Below, in pieces: positions 31,701 to 45,300 of a DNA stretch of 64,000 nucleotides. The notes beneath the pieces were generated by a model. That model searched no databases. It worked only from the letters and a program-made list of their open reading frames with translations, and was not told the DNA's origin. The position numbers and the translations under genes were made by a program. This DNA comes from Raillietiella orientalis. Taxonomy: Eukaryota. Numbering within the stretch: position 1 is the first letter of the stretch; each line of letters begins with the position of its first letter. The stretch spans positions 5,084,001-5,148,000 of the forward strand of contig JAYWIR010000006.1 of NCBI GenBank assembly GCA_036172245.1. The letters run 5' to 3'.

Positions 31701-34700
31701 GGGAGGCATCCCTTGTTTTCACACGCGGCTCCGCGGGACGCGATATCCCTTTCGAAGGAAGGGGGTCACTGCATTCGTCTTCTGGCACGCCAGCTTCTGG
31801 GGCCCACGTGGTGCAGAGAGGATAGGTAAGCGAGCGTTGTTGATGGTGGTGGTGGTTGTGGACGCTGAAGAACGGTCTCGGGGCAAAGGGAGGAAGGAAC
31901 GACGGCAGAGGGTTCCGCGGAGGGGAGTCCTCGCGCTCCCCGGAGCGGGCTGGAGAAGGAGCGGTCCCTGACAGATCCTCTTGGACCTCCCTCGCCGAGG
32001 TCGCTTGGTTTCTTCCCGCCACGTGGCGCCTCCCGGCCGGACCTGCCCGCGCGTGGTGTCGCCCCCCAAGAGCGGGTGGCGAGCAGGAGGAGGAGGAGGA
32101 GGAGGAGGAGGGGACGAAGCAGGGAGCTTCCAGCTTCTCCGGGACGATGCGGCTCTCCGATTGACGACGGTCGCGTTTCTTGCTTGACGCCCCGAGGGCG
32201 CGGAGTTGGCTCGACGCGCATCTGAACCGGACAGCCTGCACGCTGAGATGATTAATACGCTCTTCGGGTCCCGACCGCGGCGACTCGGCATGGACGCACC
32301 GGATCCTGACTCGTCGGCAGCAGTTGCGTGTGTTCCAGGAGAAGAAGGGGGGCACCTGACTGTCCTGCTAAAGTGCGCTCCTTCGATGACTGCTGTTGGC
32401 ACTGCTGCGGCGCCAAGCACCGCGTGCTCGCTCGACGAAGACCACCCCGCTGCACGAGTGCACGACACGCGCAGAGTCCCCTCTTTCACGTTCTGCTTGC
32501 CGGCAGACGGCAGATGTCTCTTCGGGGGAGATGGACTGCTTCTTGCGCTCCAACTCTTTCTTTCGAAATAGTTTTCCGTTCCTTTATTTCAATTCTTTCC
32601 GGATACATCGTTGAAACCGCCGTCTGCCCTGCTTGGTTGCATTCTGGAGAGTGTGGTTTCGTGCTGCTGCAATGGCTGTTGATTTCCTGTATGCAATCGG
32701 AAAAGAGGAAAAAAGGGGGGGAGGGGAGAAAGATTTGGCTGCGAGCGTTGCCTGCCAGCGCCAGCGCGAATCCCAGTTCACAGCCTTGCAATGGAACCGT
32801 TGAAAGAGGAAAGCTCCTGGAATCGAACCACCGCCATCCATACTCCGTGTCAGAATTACGACTGAGGTGCGGAGGAAAGGGAGGAGGAAAATTTTCGAAA
32901 CCATGCGTATCCCTTCATGGATTCTTCATGAACTCATCTGAATCGTGCACGCTTCCTGACCTGAGCACCCGGTGCATCTGATAATTGGGGCGCGCTTCCG
33001 TAGTGCAAGAGATACGTAAAAAAGATCTTTCCCACTGGGAGTGATGCGTGCGCGAATGTCGGCGAGATGCCCCACGACGTGTATATACAGGCACACCATC
33101 ATGTGTACGTGTTCTTCTGCCACGAAAATTCGAACGAGGCACTCCGTGGAACATAAGTGCGTGGTGTTCCCGATGCTCACTGGCCCTACGGATTCCCTAC
33201 AAGCAGCGCGGGGATCCTCTTTTTGAACTGAAGAGTTTGTGCTTGCGATTCGTGATGTGTGACACATTCGTGTTCCCTTTCAGCTGGCCGAAATGTTCCT
33301 CTGCAGCCTTTCTCGCACAAGGAAAGCGAGGCGGTGGTATCAAAAAACTGGCCCTCTCTTCAAGACGCTGCGGGTGTTTCCAACGAGAGCCTTGGCCTGA
33401 CCATGCCGGTGTACGTGTTTACGTTTTTCCATCGCAGCATGTGGATCCTCAAGACCATTTCTACATACTGCTCAAACTATGTCCAAGTGCGCAAAGAACC
33501 ATGCGTCATAAGTTCTTGCTCTGGAGATCACATATGGAAGCCTATGGCATGACCTACTGGGCTATCCAGGAAAGAACCAGAGTGCATTCAACAACACTGT
33601 GGAGCACGTCATTTCATAAAAGCCCTCCCTAACACAGAAAACAACAACAACAAAAAAAGATGTTCAGAGCACTATTCGTGCAATTCATTCTATTTTCGAA
33701 ATGAGACTGATCAGTAGAGAGAGATTAGTAGCAGTTCAATGCGGGAAACGGGGAAGGGGGGGGGGGCGGAAGGGGGATGGGGTGGAGGATAGAGAGAAAA
33801 CGGTGCCAAGCAGTGCACCTTCAAACATTTCACGGTACCTGTGCAATGGAATGACCTGCCGGGTCGCGTCGTTTCGAGCATTCGGAGACACCACGGAGGA
33901 CGCGAAGCGATATCTGAAGCTTCCGGAACCGTTTCCTCCAAAGGGATGCTCGGCCTCCCTCCGATCCAACGGGATGTGCTGCACTTCTTCCGTTCGGCGA
34001 CAGCGTGTGAGAGAAGGAATGGAACAAAATCTGATCCACAACTCCGGAAAAGAGCAGGAAAGCCTGGGTGAAACCTGTCCTTTGATCGATCCCCGCTCCC
34101 AACGCTTCCTCGTTTGAAATGTCAACTTCCGTATCCGCGTAAATTTCGACCCCGTGCGCGCGGGACGGGATGAGACTTCCCGAGCAAATTAGCGGATGAG
34201 CCTCGCGGCCGCGTCCCGGAACGGAGCCGAAGTTTCTCTCCTGGAGGACGCGAGGGAACGAATGCTAATGCGGGGGAGCGGCAGCACCCGCGAAGCGCGA
34301 GTCTTCGGGCCTGCTCGGTTCCGTGCCGGCGTTCGGCGGGAACCATGGGCAACCAACCACCCCCCGACCTGACAATGCGAGGGTGCGCATTGTTGGGTCT
34401 AAAAACAGCCCGCGCGCCGCGCCCCGAGGGCGGTCGTGCGTGCACTTTGAATCAGATGGCCGCCTTTAAAAACCTGCGAACCTCATTATGGCCAGCGAAT
34501 TCGCAAGGGATTCCATCTAATGTAAGTCATTTCCGCAGACAAGCGAAGGTCTTTTTGAACGGAAAAAATCGGAGATGGAGAAGGACGCATCGATCTAAAA
34601 CGCACGCACACATACATTCACCAGGATGAGATGCGATATGAAAGATGAAAAGCCAGAAAAAAGTTCACGTTGCTAGGACAACGGGCGCTCAGGCTGGGGA

Positions 34701-36029
34701 TGCGGCGAAACCGAACCCTGGTGTCCCGAAAGTCCTCTCTCGGGGGAAATGTGCACGGAGCAGTTTTCTTTTCGAAAAAGGAGGAAAGAAAAGAAGAGAA
34801 AAAATGATACTTCTTCCGAGTGCCTCTCCGAAGATGAGTGTCATTCTCGATTGACAGTGGCGGAAATTCCGCTCGCGATGGCGGCAGCTTCTTCTTCCCG
34901 CGTGCGAGTCCTCTCCTCCTCGCGCGTCCTTTCAAGTAGTTGAAAGTCGCTGACCAGCCGCCGTCCGCTTCGGAGCATCTCTCGTTTCGGGCTCTTGCGT
35001 TCTGCTCTCGCATCCATGGCGGCGGCGGCGGCTCCCTCGGGATGCAGGCACCCCGGCGCACCCGAAACGCGCAAAAACCGAAGCAGGGAAGCTGCGGTTT
35101 CGCGCGCGCGCGTCCGTTCTGGCCTCTTCTCCGTTCGGCGCGAAGAGCCCTCCGGGACGGGGCTGCAGCCGAAGAACACAGCTGAAACAGAGCGAGGATG
35201 ATGCAGCGTTGCCTTAAAAAAGAGGGGAAAAAAAAGCGGAAGGCGCTCGCTCGCTCGCGAGAGAGAGACAGTGAGCGAAAGCGAGTAGCAGAGTGTTCTT
35301 TGGGGGGGGGGTGCCATTTTTTTTTCCGGAGGTAGGCGGGAAGCATCGATTTTACTTCCATCCAGGTTTAAATCAGGCTATTTAATCTGCAGGGATTTTC
35401 GGGATGACACATAAAACAACAGCGGGAACAGGAACTTGCCTCCTTTTGGGGAGGAGGAGGGGAGGAGAGGACAAAACAAATGGTGAGCCTTCATTAGCCC
35501 GGGATGCTTATGGATGTGGCTTTTGTTTTCGTGTTTTTTTAAAGATTAATGGAACCAAGGCAAAAGTTCATGAGGGAAATGCCGGGACGAAAAGGGCAGG
35601 CTGACGAGTCGTGCCCGGCGCGAATGACCCGCGATTCCCCCTTCGAGTCACCGAAGTCGCATTCAGATTCGAGTTGGACCTCCACCGTTACGTTTTGGGG
35701 TGGAGGAGAAAAAGGAAACTCCTTCGCGGTTTGCAACCTCGTTGTCGGGACACCTTCGGGTATCCCAGAGAACCGCGTGACCTTTACAACCCTCTCCTCG
35801 CCGGAACCGGTGCTTATGGAAGAAAAGGAAGGGAGGTAGGGGAGGGGAGAGGAAGGAGGGGGACGCCCTCGCGTAAGATGAGCCAGCTCTCCGTCCCAGA
35901 GGTCGCACGACGGTGGCGGCTTGACTGCTCCCTGTTCGCGGCCAAGGATCGAAGCCGCGTGTCTTCTCACCATCCACGGAAAGGCAGGGGGAACCGCCGT
36001 ACCAGCAGCAGACACCCGAAATCCAGGAA

Positions 36030-37080
36030 GACTCCGGAGGAAGGAGTCTGTTCCTCTTACTCTTGAGAAGGAACCCCGAAGGGACCCTCTCTCTGGTTGT
36101 CTCTGAAGGAATCCCTTCCTCATTCGCTCCGAAAGACGCAACCGGAGCGGTCCTCTCCTCATTTCTTCTTCGAAGGGACCCCCGGAAAGCATCCACTCCT
36201 TGCTTCCTTCTTGGAAGAGAATCCGAAAAGGAGCGGCGCGCTTCTTACACTCTGGAGAGGCATCAACAAGCGCCATGGCATGCAATGGAGGGTCCAGCCC
36301 CGAGAAGGGGAGATGGTTCCATTTTCACAACCGGAGGGGAACCCCGAAGGGAACCGGCGCTCCTTGGTTCCTGAAAGGACTCCGGAGGATCAGCTTTCAA
36401 TCCCGGCCACTCAATGGGGGAATCCGGTTTCTAGCTTCTAGCAGTGCCGCACCCGAAGCCAACCTAGGCTGACCAGCATCATCCTGCGGGGAACATCCCA
36501 GAAGAAGGGTTCCGTTCCTCCTTACTATTGTAGAGAACCCCAAAGGAACCCTCTTGTTTCTTAAGGAGGGATTCCCCAGTTTGTGGGCCCACTCCTGATT
36601 CCTTCTTTGGAAGGAATCCCCCTCAAGGGAACCTACCTGCCTTAGCTGGTCTCAGGTCAAGGTGCTCGACACTTTCTCCTGCGCGCCTCTTACACTCTGA
36701 AAAGGCAAATTCCTGAGGAGGGTATCAGCCAGCTCCGGAGGGTCGACCCTCCCGGGGGGTTACGGCTTCATTTTCACAACCGCAGGGGGACCCCGAAGGG
36801 AACCCTCCACCCTGCTTGTTTCCGAAGGGAGCAGCGTGTTTCTGGCACTCTGGAGAGACAACCCCCGAGAGGAGGTAGCAACCAGTTCCGTGGTACGCGA
36901 TGGAACCATGTGTTGACTCCATTTTCACCACCGGAGGAGAGCCCTGAAGAGCTTTTTGATTCCTGGAAGAACCCTGAAAGGTCGACTTCCAATCCTGGCC
37001 ACTCAACAGGTTACTAATCCGGTGTCCGGCTTCCAGCAGTGCTGCCGCACCCCAAAACCCACCGGCTGACCAGCGTCAGC
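36030..37080. repeat. Degenerate modular tandem duplication (unit of roughly 450-600 bp)
   Basis: Recurring modules: gaaccccgaaggga (~36071, ~36340, ~36790; variant ~36535), cattttcac(a/c)accg (~36320, ~36769, ~36920), cttacactctg (~36244, ~36688) and caatcc(c/t)ggccactcaa..aatccggt..gcagtgc..gcaccc..ggctgaccagc (~36398-36478 vs ~36990-37075). Confidence 0.7.
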
Positions 37081-40000
37081 CTTCTGGGAGGACTCGGAAC
37101 CCACGACGCACCTTCCATTCCCGGCGTCGATCCTCCACGTGATAATACGAACCAGAAACGCTTGGCAGCCGTGTGTCTGCGGTCTCCGCAGCCACACGGC
37201 AGCCAGCGTAGGCGCTTTCCTTAGTGGTGCGCCTTCAGAAATCGATCCCTACCTGGAACCACCGCCTAACCCAAGGGAAGCGCTGTCCCTGGGAGCAGGA
37301 AGATTTTCACTTGACCGCGGTGGGTCCGGGTGTGTCCGACGAGGGATGCGACTTCCTACGGTATTTCCTGAGGGAAGGGGGGAGGGAAGGAGACGCGCGC
37401 GCGAGCACGGACCAGCCTCTCCTTCCTGATCTCGGGTACAGATAAGGCTGCCCAAAACGGGCCAGCAGTTCCGCTGACGCGTAACCGACGACTTCCGTCA
37501 TCCTTTTAATTAGCGCGGACGATGCTTCAGTTCCGACAGTCGCCGGATGGAGGCGCGCGCGCCTTCGCAGGAAACCTCCCATCCGCTCCCCACCCACAGC
37601 GGAAGCAGGGGTGAATGGGGAGTAGGGGAGGGGGAAGAGGATGACGCACAACCACTATCGCTGTCGCCATCTTGAGACGCGAGTCGGCGGCGGCGAGCAG
37701 CAGCACGAAAAGAAGATGGCGCCTTCAACTCCACTTCCCTTCTTCCTCTTCCTTTCCTCTTCCTCCCTTCTTCTTCCTTTTCCTTTGCTGCAGGAACAAG
37801 GCGGCAGTAGCTGAAGCGGCGTGGATGAAGGGTGGGGAATCGTTTGATCAGTGCCTGCCCTGCTGTCTTCCGGTGAAGCGGGAGATTGGAGAAGGAAAAC
37901 AGGGACAGGCGCCTTCCGATAGGCTCCCCAGCTTCCTCCGCTGAGGTCCTCTCCGGATGCGCGACTACCGGACGGCCGACCCCAGAGGCGAGGTCGCCGG
38001 GGTGGGCTTGCGGTCTCCGGACGGGGCGGTCCGCGGAACCGCGCGAGGGCGGGTCGGTCCCCGAGAAAAGGCGGAGGCGCGAGCAAGGTCGTTCAAGGTT
38101 GCGATGGCGGGTGCCGGTAAGGAAGTGGGATCACTCTCCTGTCTTTTTCCCCACGGCGGGGGAACGACCCCCGTTTCTGCGGAGACGAAAGGGTCTTGCA
38201 GACGGCACTCTTCTCTACCCTCCTCTCCCGCAAGCGCGCGCTCGAGGGCGCGTCTTTCCGGAGTCTGGGAGCCGGCCCCACCCGCAGCAGGAGGGTGAGG
38301 GCGGGAGCGGCAGGGACACCGCGGGACGAATCCGACACCGGTGGCTCCCGAGATTAACGACGTGATGAAACCGAAGATCCACCGCTCGTTTTCCGCCCGG
38401 GTGCGTCCGCGGCGGCAGATGGTGGTCCCAGCGGGTCATGCGCTCGCGAGCGCAGTCCGCCGCGGACGCCGGTCGGCAAGGGAGGGGGGGAGGGGGGAGG
38501 GTGCGGGAGGAGGGAGACTGAAGAAACGTCTCCTTCCTCTGCCCTGTTTCTTCCTCCTCCCCCTCTTCAGGACGAGGATCACCATGGAAACCGCGAGGAG
38601 GAAGAGGAGGAGGCGACAGGCGCGCGCGCGCGACAGCGGGGTTTCCTCAGCGGCGGCGGCGAGGGTCGGCGGCCGCCGGACGGGATGACTCAGGATGGGG
38701 AGCCCCCTCGAAATTGCGTTTCACGCTGCTCCAGTGAATGGGGAGGGCGCGCCATTCTGCACGCTCCCCTGAGTTCCCCCCTCTCTCCCCACCCGCGCTT
38801 ACCGACTGATGCCCGCCGCCGCCGCGACACTGCGGACGTGGCCGATGGGGGCCAGAAGAAGGCGGCCTCCTCGACAACCCCCAGACCGGCACCCAAGACA
38901 AAAAACAAAAGAAAGGCTCCTGCAGGCGCAGCGCAACGGGAAGGGCGCGTGCGCATCAGGGGCGCCGCCTCCGCCGGTCTGACCGATCGCAGGGCAGGAA
39001 GAGTGAGACTTTCCTACCCTTCCCACGTCCCCCTCCGCCTTCCTCTCCGGATGCCCGGGTCGTCGCGCCACCCTCGCAGTACTGCTGCACGCTCCCTTTC
39101 CTTCACCGTCAGCATGGAAAGACGCCGGAGGGCGAGGTCAGTCGCGCGTGCCTCGTGGAAACGGCAGCACTGAAACGCCCGGATTCGACGGCCAATGTAG
39201 CCTCGTCGACGGCCACGGGGAGCTGTTCCACAATACGCCCTCCTGCAAACGGAACATAGGCCCAGGCACGCCAAAGCGAGTGGTAGCCCGCTGCCAGGCA
39301 ACCGCCGGCCTTTTTTCCCCTCTTCACCCCTGTCCCCTGAGCACGGTGCCACTCCAGACGCCAACGTTCCTCCTCCTCCTCCACAAAGGACCGTTTCTCG
39401 GATCCACATGGAGCACAGCCAAAACAATCTGCGAGGGAGAGAGGGAGAGACATAATTGTTGCTAGGTTACCGCCGCGCTCCTTGCGTCACCATCTATGAA
39501 ATATTAGTTGTGGGGTCGTAATGGACGCAAACTTCTCCCACGACGTTTCCCCCGTAATAGAAACATATTGATCCTGGAGCAGGGGACAGGGAGAACGGCG
39601 GGAATCTCATCTGACAGGAGGAATCGTTACCGAGTAACGGATGAACCGGGAGGATTCCGCCAGCCGCCACTGATTCAGATCCGTGGAACCCGTCGTTGCG
39701 GAGAGAAAGAAGAGGGGAGTAAGAGGAGCAGACGGAGGAGAGAGGAAGGGAGGAGGAGGAGGAGGAAGAGGGAGAAAGGAAGAGGTAGGGAAGAGACAAT
39801 GAGTCTCATCTCCTTAATTCCGTCCCATAGGCTGGAAGGTTCGCGGCAGGAAAGGCCTCTCATTTGCTGCTGCATCAGCGATGAGGGGAAGATGTGCGCG
39901 TTCCATCTCGCAGGCGCTGTCCTGTAATTCCGTCTTCGACCGGGCCCCTGCAAAAATCTACTTCCCCTTGCCCGGAGGTTCTAGGGACGCACTTCTGTTC

Positions 40001-42242
40001 TTCCCGCACTTTCCGGTGCTGGTGAACGGGGTCGGCAGGCGCTCGTGCGCGTGCGCACCCGCAGAAGCGCGCCACCCGAAGGAGGGAGCCCGCGATGCAG
40101 CTCCGGCACAGACAGAGGCGCAAAATGCTGGAAATCACACGAACTGGCCGCGTCGAAGAAAATGGGGAGGGAGAATGGGGCCTGGAGCAAAGGATGCGTG
40201 ATACGTCCCTACGTCCGTCCGCGTGCGCGTCGCGTTTCTCGCATGGACAGAACGAGGAAGCATGAGCTTTGGCTCGCCAGTCTGCCGACTCCTCTCCCCC
40301 CCTCCTCTTTTGCCCCCTTCCCTTTCCTTTGCTGGAAGCGCAGCCCAAGTTGGCGAAAAGCCTCGGTGTGAGAGGGGCGAACCGGCAAGGAGCGATGCTT
40401 AGCGTCAGCTCCCTTCGTGATTCCCCCGGCTCTCTCTCCCTCTTGACTTCCGACCTGATGCCCTTCGCTTCCTCTTTTTTTTCGGGATGGGCTGTTTGTT
40501 TGTTTGCTTGCTTACATCTCCCGAGGCCTTTCGATGTGATGAATCGCCGCCATCCCCACAGCGCTTGCGCAATTCCTCTTCGAGCTGCCGATTTCGAACG
40601 GCGGCTCCGACTCTCCGAGTGACGTCAAGCCGCCGCTCCATTCGGAAGGCGGCGCGAGCACGCGCAGGCGCAAGCGTGCCCCCTTCCTCCTCCCCCCCTT
40701 CCGAAAGGCGGCGAGCGACGGCTTTACCTGTGAGTGGGCGGATAACTCATTCGTGGCCGAAGAGAGCAAAGCCGGCACACGGAGGGTCCTGCCCGACTCC
40801 TCGTCCCTCGGGAGCAGGAGGCGCGGCAAAGCCCGGGATCATCTCCGGCGCGCCAGCAGTGCCCACGGGCTCGCCTGAGACGTTCCGCACGATCCCATTC
40901 GCTTCGAGGACGGCGCGCGCGCCCTACCGGGAAGCGCTTGATCCGATCTCTTCCCGGCTGGTCAGAGGTGACCACTCTCTCCCGCTCCTTTTCTCATGAT
41001 TCCGTCGTTCCGCGGAGACTGTGCCGACGGCGTGAGGTCGCTGTGCCGGCAGCTGGGAGACGCTGCCGTGCGCCAGCACCTCGTCGCTCACGACGCTCCA
41101 ACAAGAGGAACAAAAAGTTGTTTTTTTTCTCTCTCTCTCCCTCTCTCTTCCCTTCCCTCCCCTCTCTTGCTTAGCCGAGCTCCCTGTGGCTCCTGGGGGT
41201 CCAGCGCTTTGATGCCCTTCACCGCAGAGGTACCTCCTCGACTCCCCCTAGCGGCATAGCGCACGGAAGACGCGCCCTCTTCACCCGCCCGAGCGTTGCT
41301 GGGAAGATGCGGTCTTGATCCACGTGGCCGGGTAGAGCTGGAAGTGGGGTCGGGGTGGGGGATTGGGGCACGGGACTTGAGGAGCAGTGTCCGCACGGCA
41401 GATGCGCCCATACCGAAGATGCGGGCGGGGCCGCTCGGCGTGTCGCGCACCCGAGCCGCAACCGAAGGATTCGTCACAGCACTTGTCGCCTCACGCGCGC
41501 CCCATCGCGCCATCTGCTCCGGGACGGGACGTTCGCGTGACCGGGAGCGGCCGGGTCGCGCGCGCGTGGTCCCAGGAGGGAAAGGGACGCCAAACCTAAA
41601 GGCGTCGGTCGTTTGAAAGGTGCAGGGGGTCCCGGAAAATACTCCAGCGAACGCTCGCTTGAGGGCTCTCGCGCACCGCCAGAGTTGCCTTCACGGAGCA
41701 CGAGGGGGAGAGAGAACCTTGTAGTCAAGGCAATCGCCTCCGCCGCACTCCCTTTCCTTTCCCCCCACAGGCGGAAGGAAAGGGGGGATGCCAGCCAAGG
41801 ACCGCTCTAGTGAAGGGGGGAGAAGGAGGAGGGACGAAGGCTCCGCCCCCGCTGCGCCTTGGACGTCTCCCGGAGGGTTGCCAGAGAGGCTGCGCTCCTC
41901 CTCTGAAGCGTGGGAGGAAGAAGATCTGTGCCTTGACTTGCCCCAACCCTTGCTGGCGGCGTGACGGCGAAGGGCACTGGCCCGTCCACAGCCGCAGCGG
42001 CCGCGAGTCGCCCCCTTCCGCCGGAGCGGACGGCGCGTGTCTGGGACGGGGTGCCGCTCGCGAAGACCGCGAGACAGGCAAGCGAACCTCGCGCACATGC
42101 GTACCCTGGCCGCCTCCCGGATTGGCCGAGACGTCGACCTTCGCTTCGGTACGCCAATGGGAAACACGGGAGGGGAGGGGAGATGGCGTGCGAGTTTCGC
42201 GACGCGGTCGCTGAGATACGCGAACAGCTGACCGGTAGCGAC

Positions 42243-42369
42243 GGCTTAATGGTGCGCGCTTCGGCTGCAGGCGCTGTAATCCTCTCCTCCGTCGGCCGTA
42301 ATCCTCCGCATCCTGAACGCATGTTGTCCCGGAAATTTATGGCCAAACCAGGGAAATTAGGGGTAATTG
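42243..42369. promoter_or_regulatory. Second candidate enhancer: homeodomain site cluster
   Basis: GGCTTA (TAAGCC on -) 42243-42248 overlapping TAATGG, GCTGTAATCC 42273-42282, GCCGTAATCC 42295-42304, TTTATGG (Hox/Cdx-like) 42336-42342, TAATTG 42364-42369; an AT-rich island inside GC-rich DNA. Confidence 0.5.
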
Positions 42370-45300
42370 CCGTCGGGAATGTTTCGCTCCCCGCTCGAGT
42401 GCGGCATCTCCGGCGTGCGCGCGCGCGCGCGAGGACTAAGGGGGAGGGGAGGGAAGGGGGTGCAATGTTGCGTATTCGCGCGGCCTGAAAGAGGGTGCGA
42501 CCGTCGCCGTCCCCCTCGCCCCGCTGCTCTCCGTTCGATCCCCTCCGGTCTGGCTCGTGTCGTCGTCTCCAGGAACGCACGGGGCTAGTCAACGCCCCCC
42601 GAGGCACGCGAGTCCCTCCTTGCGGGCGCTGCCTTGAGTACTTCTCCCCTACCAGCCGCCGCCAAGGAGGGCCTCGAGGCCGACCGGAGGGAACAGCTTC
42701 GGGGCAGGGAGGAATCCCCGCCGGCGGGAAGGTGTCGTCGTGGTCCGCGCGCATCCGCCCCGCTGCCACTGTGAGCAGCCTCTCCGCACCCACGTTCCTC
42801 AAGGGACCAGCGGGCGGGTCTCCTATCGAGCTCCCTCAGCACTGAGGGAACCAAGCTTCCTGCGGGGAAGGGCGGCGGGTTCGGTGCCCCTGGGACGGGC
42901 GGGGCGGAAAGGATGGCAGGTTCCTCCCGGGGGCTCTCGTGAAGGGGCGCGGAGAACGCGGCCGAGGTGGGATGCCGCCCCGCAGCTGTTTCGAGTGACC
43001 TCTTGGAAGCCTTTGCCGCCCGCGCACCACGGAAGTAGCGCAAGCAAGGCGGAGTTAGGAGTGACCACTTCCTCCCGCCCTTTCAGAAGGTTTCACGGAG
43101 GAGAGGCCGCTGGCCACTCCAGCCGAAGGGGAGCCGTGCGCGGGCTGACCCCTGGGGCAGCTACGGAGGGCGTTGAGCCCCAGCACGTCGCCGGGCAGTG
43201 CAGGTGGCGTTCCTCGGAGGAAGGACCGGCGCGCTCGCGTGCCCGGGTGGCCCGTCGCCAGGAGACAGCAGCGTTCCTCGCCCTCCCGCCTTCCTCCTCC
43301 CGCGTTCCCAGGGGAAGGGGGAAGGGGGAAACGGGGGGAAGGAGGTCGATCCCGGAATGCTCCCTCTCTCTCCGGGCTGGATGGCGGGGGCCGCCACCCT
43401 TCGAGCGTCCGGAAGCCGCCACGGCGAGCCGCGAAGAGGACGGGCTGCGGGTTGACACCCTCCGTGAGACTCTGAAGCCATCGGCGGCCGCAGGGTGGCG
43501 GCGCAGCAGGGCTGCCGGTCCCGCTTTCCAGCCTTCCGGGAGGGCGCTGGAGCGAAGAGAGAGCCATCCCAGGGACAGGTCCTCCTCCCTCTCCTTCAAC
43601 TCTTCGCCCCTTCCTGCCTTACCGGGAATGAGAAGACCGCGGAATGGGGCTACGGACTGCAGGGAACAGAAGGGCCTTCGGTGGACCCGGCAGCAGATCC
43701 GGGAGCGGCTGGTACACCTGTCGGGAACGTCTCCCGGACCTCTCCCGCCTATGCTCTCCCGGTTGCTGCGGGGGACGCGCGGCAGCAGTGAGACAGGCGC
43801 GTGCGAGAGAGAAACGCGGCGCGGGCGCTCCTGCCGGGAAGACGACCCGAAAGGTGGCACGCCCTGCCCGCCAGAAGCCAGAGGAGGAGACCATGGAGAC
43901 CGCTTGCTGGGGATATCTCCCCCCCACCCCGTCCGCCGTCGCCGCCGCTGTAAAAGGGGTCTAAAGGAATCTGCCCTGCCGAAAAACGAGGAGGTGAACG
44001 GCGGTGTCTCCGGACGTCCGGGGATGCTGGAGCCAGGATGCTGCCGGACCCGTCCGCCATCTTTCCTTCCTCGACGATCGCGCGGGCACGGGCACTTGGT
44101 GGCAGGCAGCGGGCGATTCCTTTCCTCACCGCTGGCACCCAAAGCTCTCCAGGTGAGAGCTCTCGTCAGTCGCCTCGGGGACGGGACTGAACGGACTGCT
44201 GACTTGACCACTGCCTCTCGAGGAATGTTGCAGATCGGCCGCCGAGGGGCACCTCGAGGACGCTCGCTCGCGTGCAGCAGCGGGCCGTCTCCTGGTGGCA
44301 GACCTGCCCGCGCTACGCTTGGCACGAAGGACCTGCGATGAGGAGGGCCGCCATCTGCAGCTGCTGTGCAGGTGCCGGCATCTGCCTTGGGACTACCCCT
44401 GGGGGCGAGTCTGGTTCGGACCAACGGTCGCGTGCCCCGAAGGATTCCTTTTTTCCTTTTTTTTTTTTCGCTCGACCCCTACGTCTCCTACGGATGACCT
44501 CCGATCTCGATGGTCCAGCCTTTCAGTGTCCGTGAGCGCGCGTCCCCTTTCTGTTTCGGAGCGCGTTCTTGAGGGGAACGGAGTGGGGCACAAAGGTGAC
44601 CCCCCCATCCTGATGTTCATCCCGACCGAGGTGCGTGCCGAAATTGGCAAGGGTCATCCATCCCTCGCCCGCAGGGTCATCGGCGGCCAGCGTCGGCGCG
44701 CAGGGGGGGGTCTCGACCGCTTCCGGACGCGCGCAGAAGGCTGCCGACGCTGTGGTCACGTGACTCCGCACCCGACGCAACTTCCTTCCGTAGACACACA
44801 TTCACTGGCCATCCCCACCAAACTACGCCGAGCCGATGCCGCCTGGCCAGTGGGGGACTCCGGCGAAAGCAGCAGTGGGGCAGGAAGAGGAAAGGAGAGG
44901 AAAAGGGGGGGAGCAAGAATGGAGAGAAAACAGCAGCCTGCCGGTTGAATGTTTGGGGTTGTGACGGTTAGGCCAGAGGGTCGCCACCAGTTCCTCCTGC
45001 TTCCCCGCGTCCTGGTGAGGATGCCGGCGAGTTCCTGCTTTCGTCCACCTACCAGATGGCGTCATCTCTCCACCCTCCCCAGGATGGGGATCGCGAGCCG
45101 GACGGTCTGGATGCCCCTTCGACCTCTCCCAGCCTTGATCACCCGATCATGTCGGCGGCATTCATTCAGGCCTTGATCACGAGAAGGAGCAGCAGCAGGA
45201 CTCCGGACCCTTTCCTCCTCCTCCTCTTCCCCTCGGCAGTGGAGGGAACGAACAAGGGGTAAAAAATCAATGCAAAGCCCCCACGTATGAGGAGCGAGGC

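Noticed and set aside
42740..44424. 533-aa (+) and 443-aa (-) ORFs
   Set aside because: Stop-codon scarcity at high GC; no recognisable protein beyond faint possible retroelement fragments.
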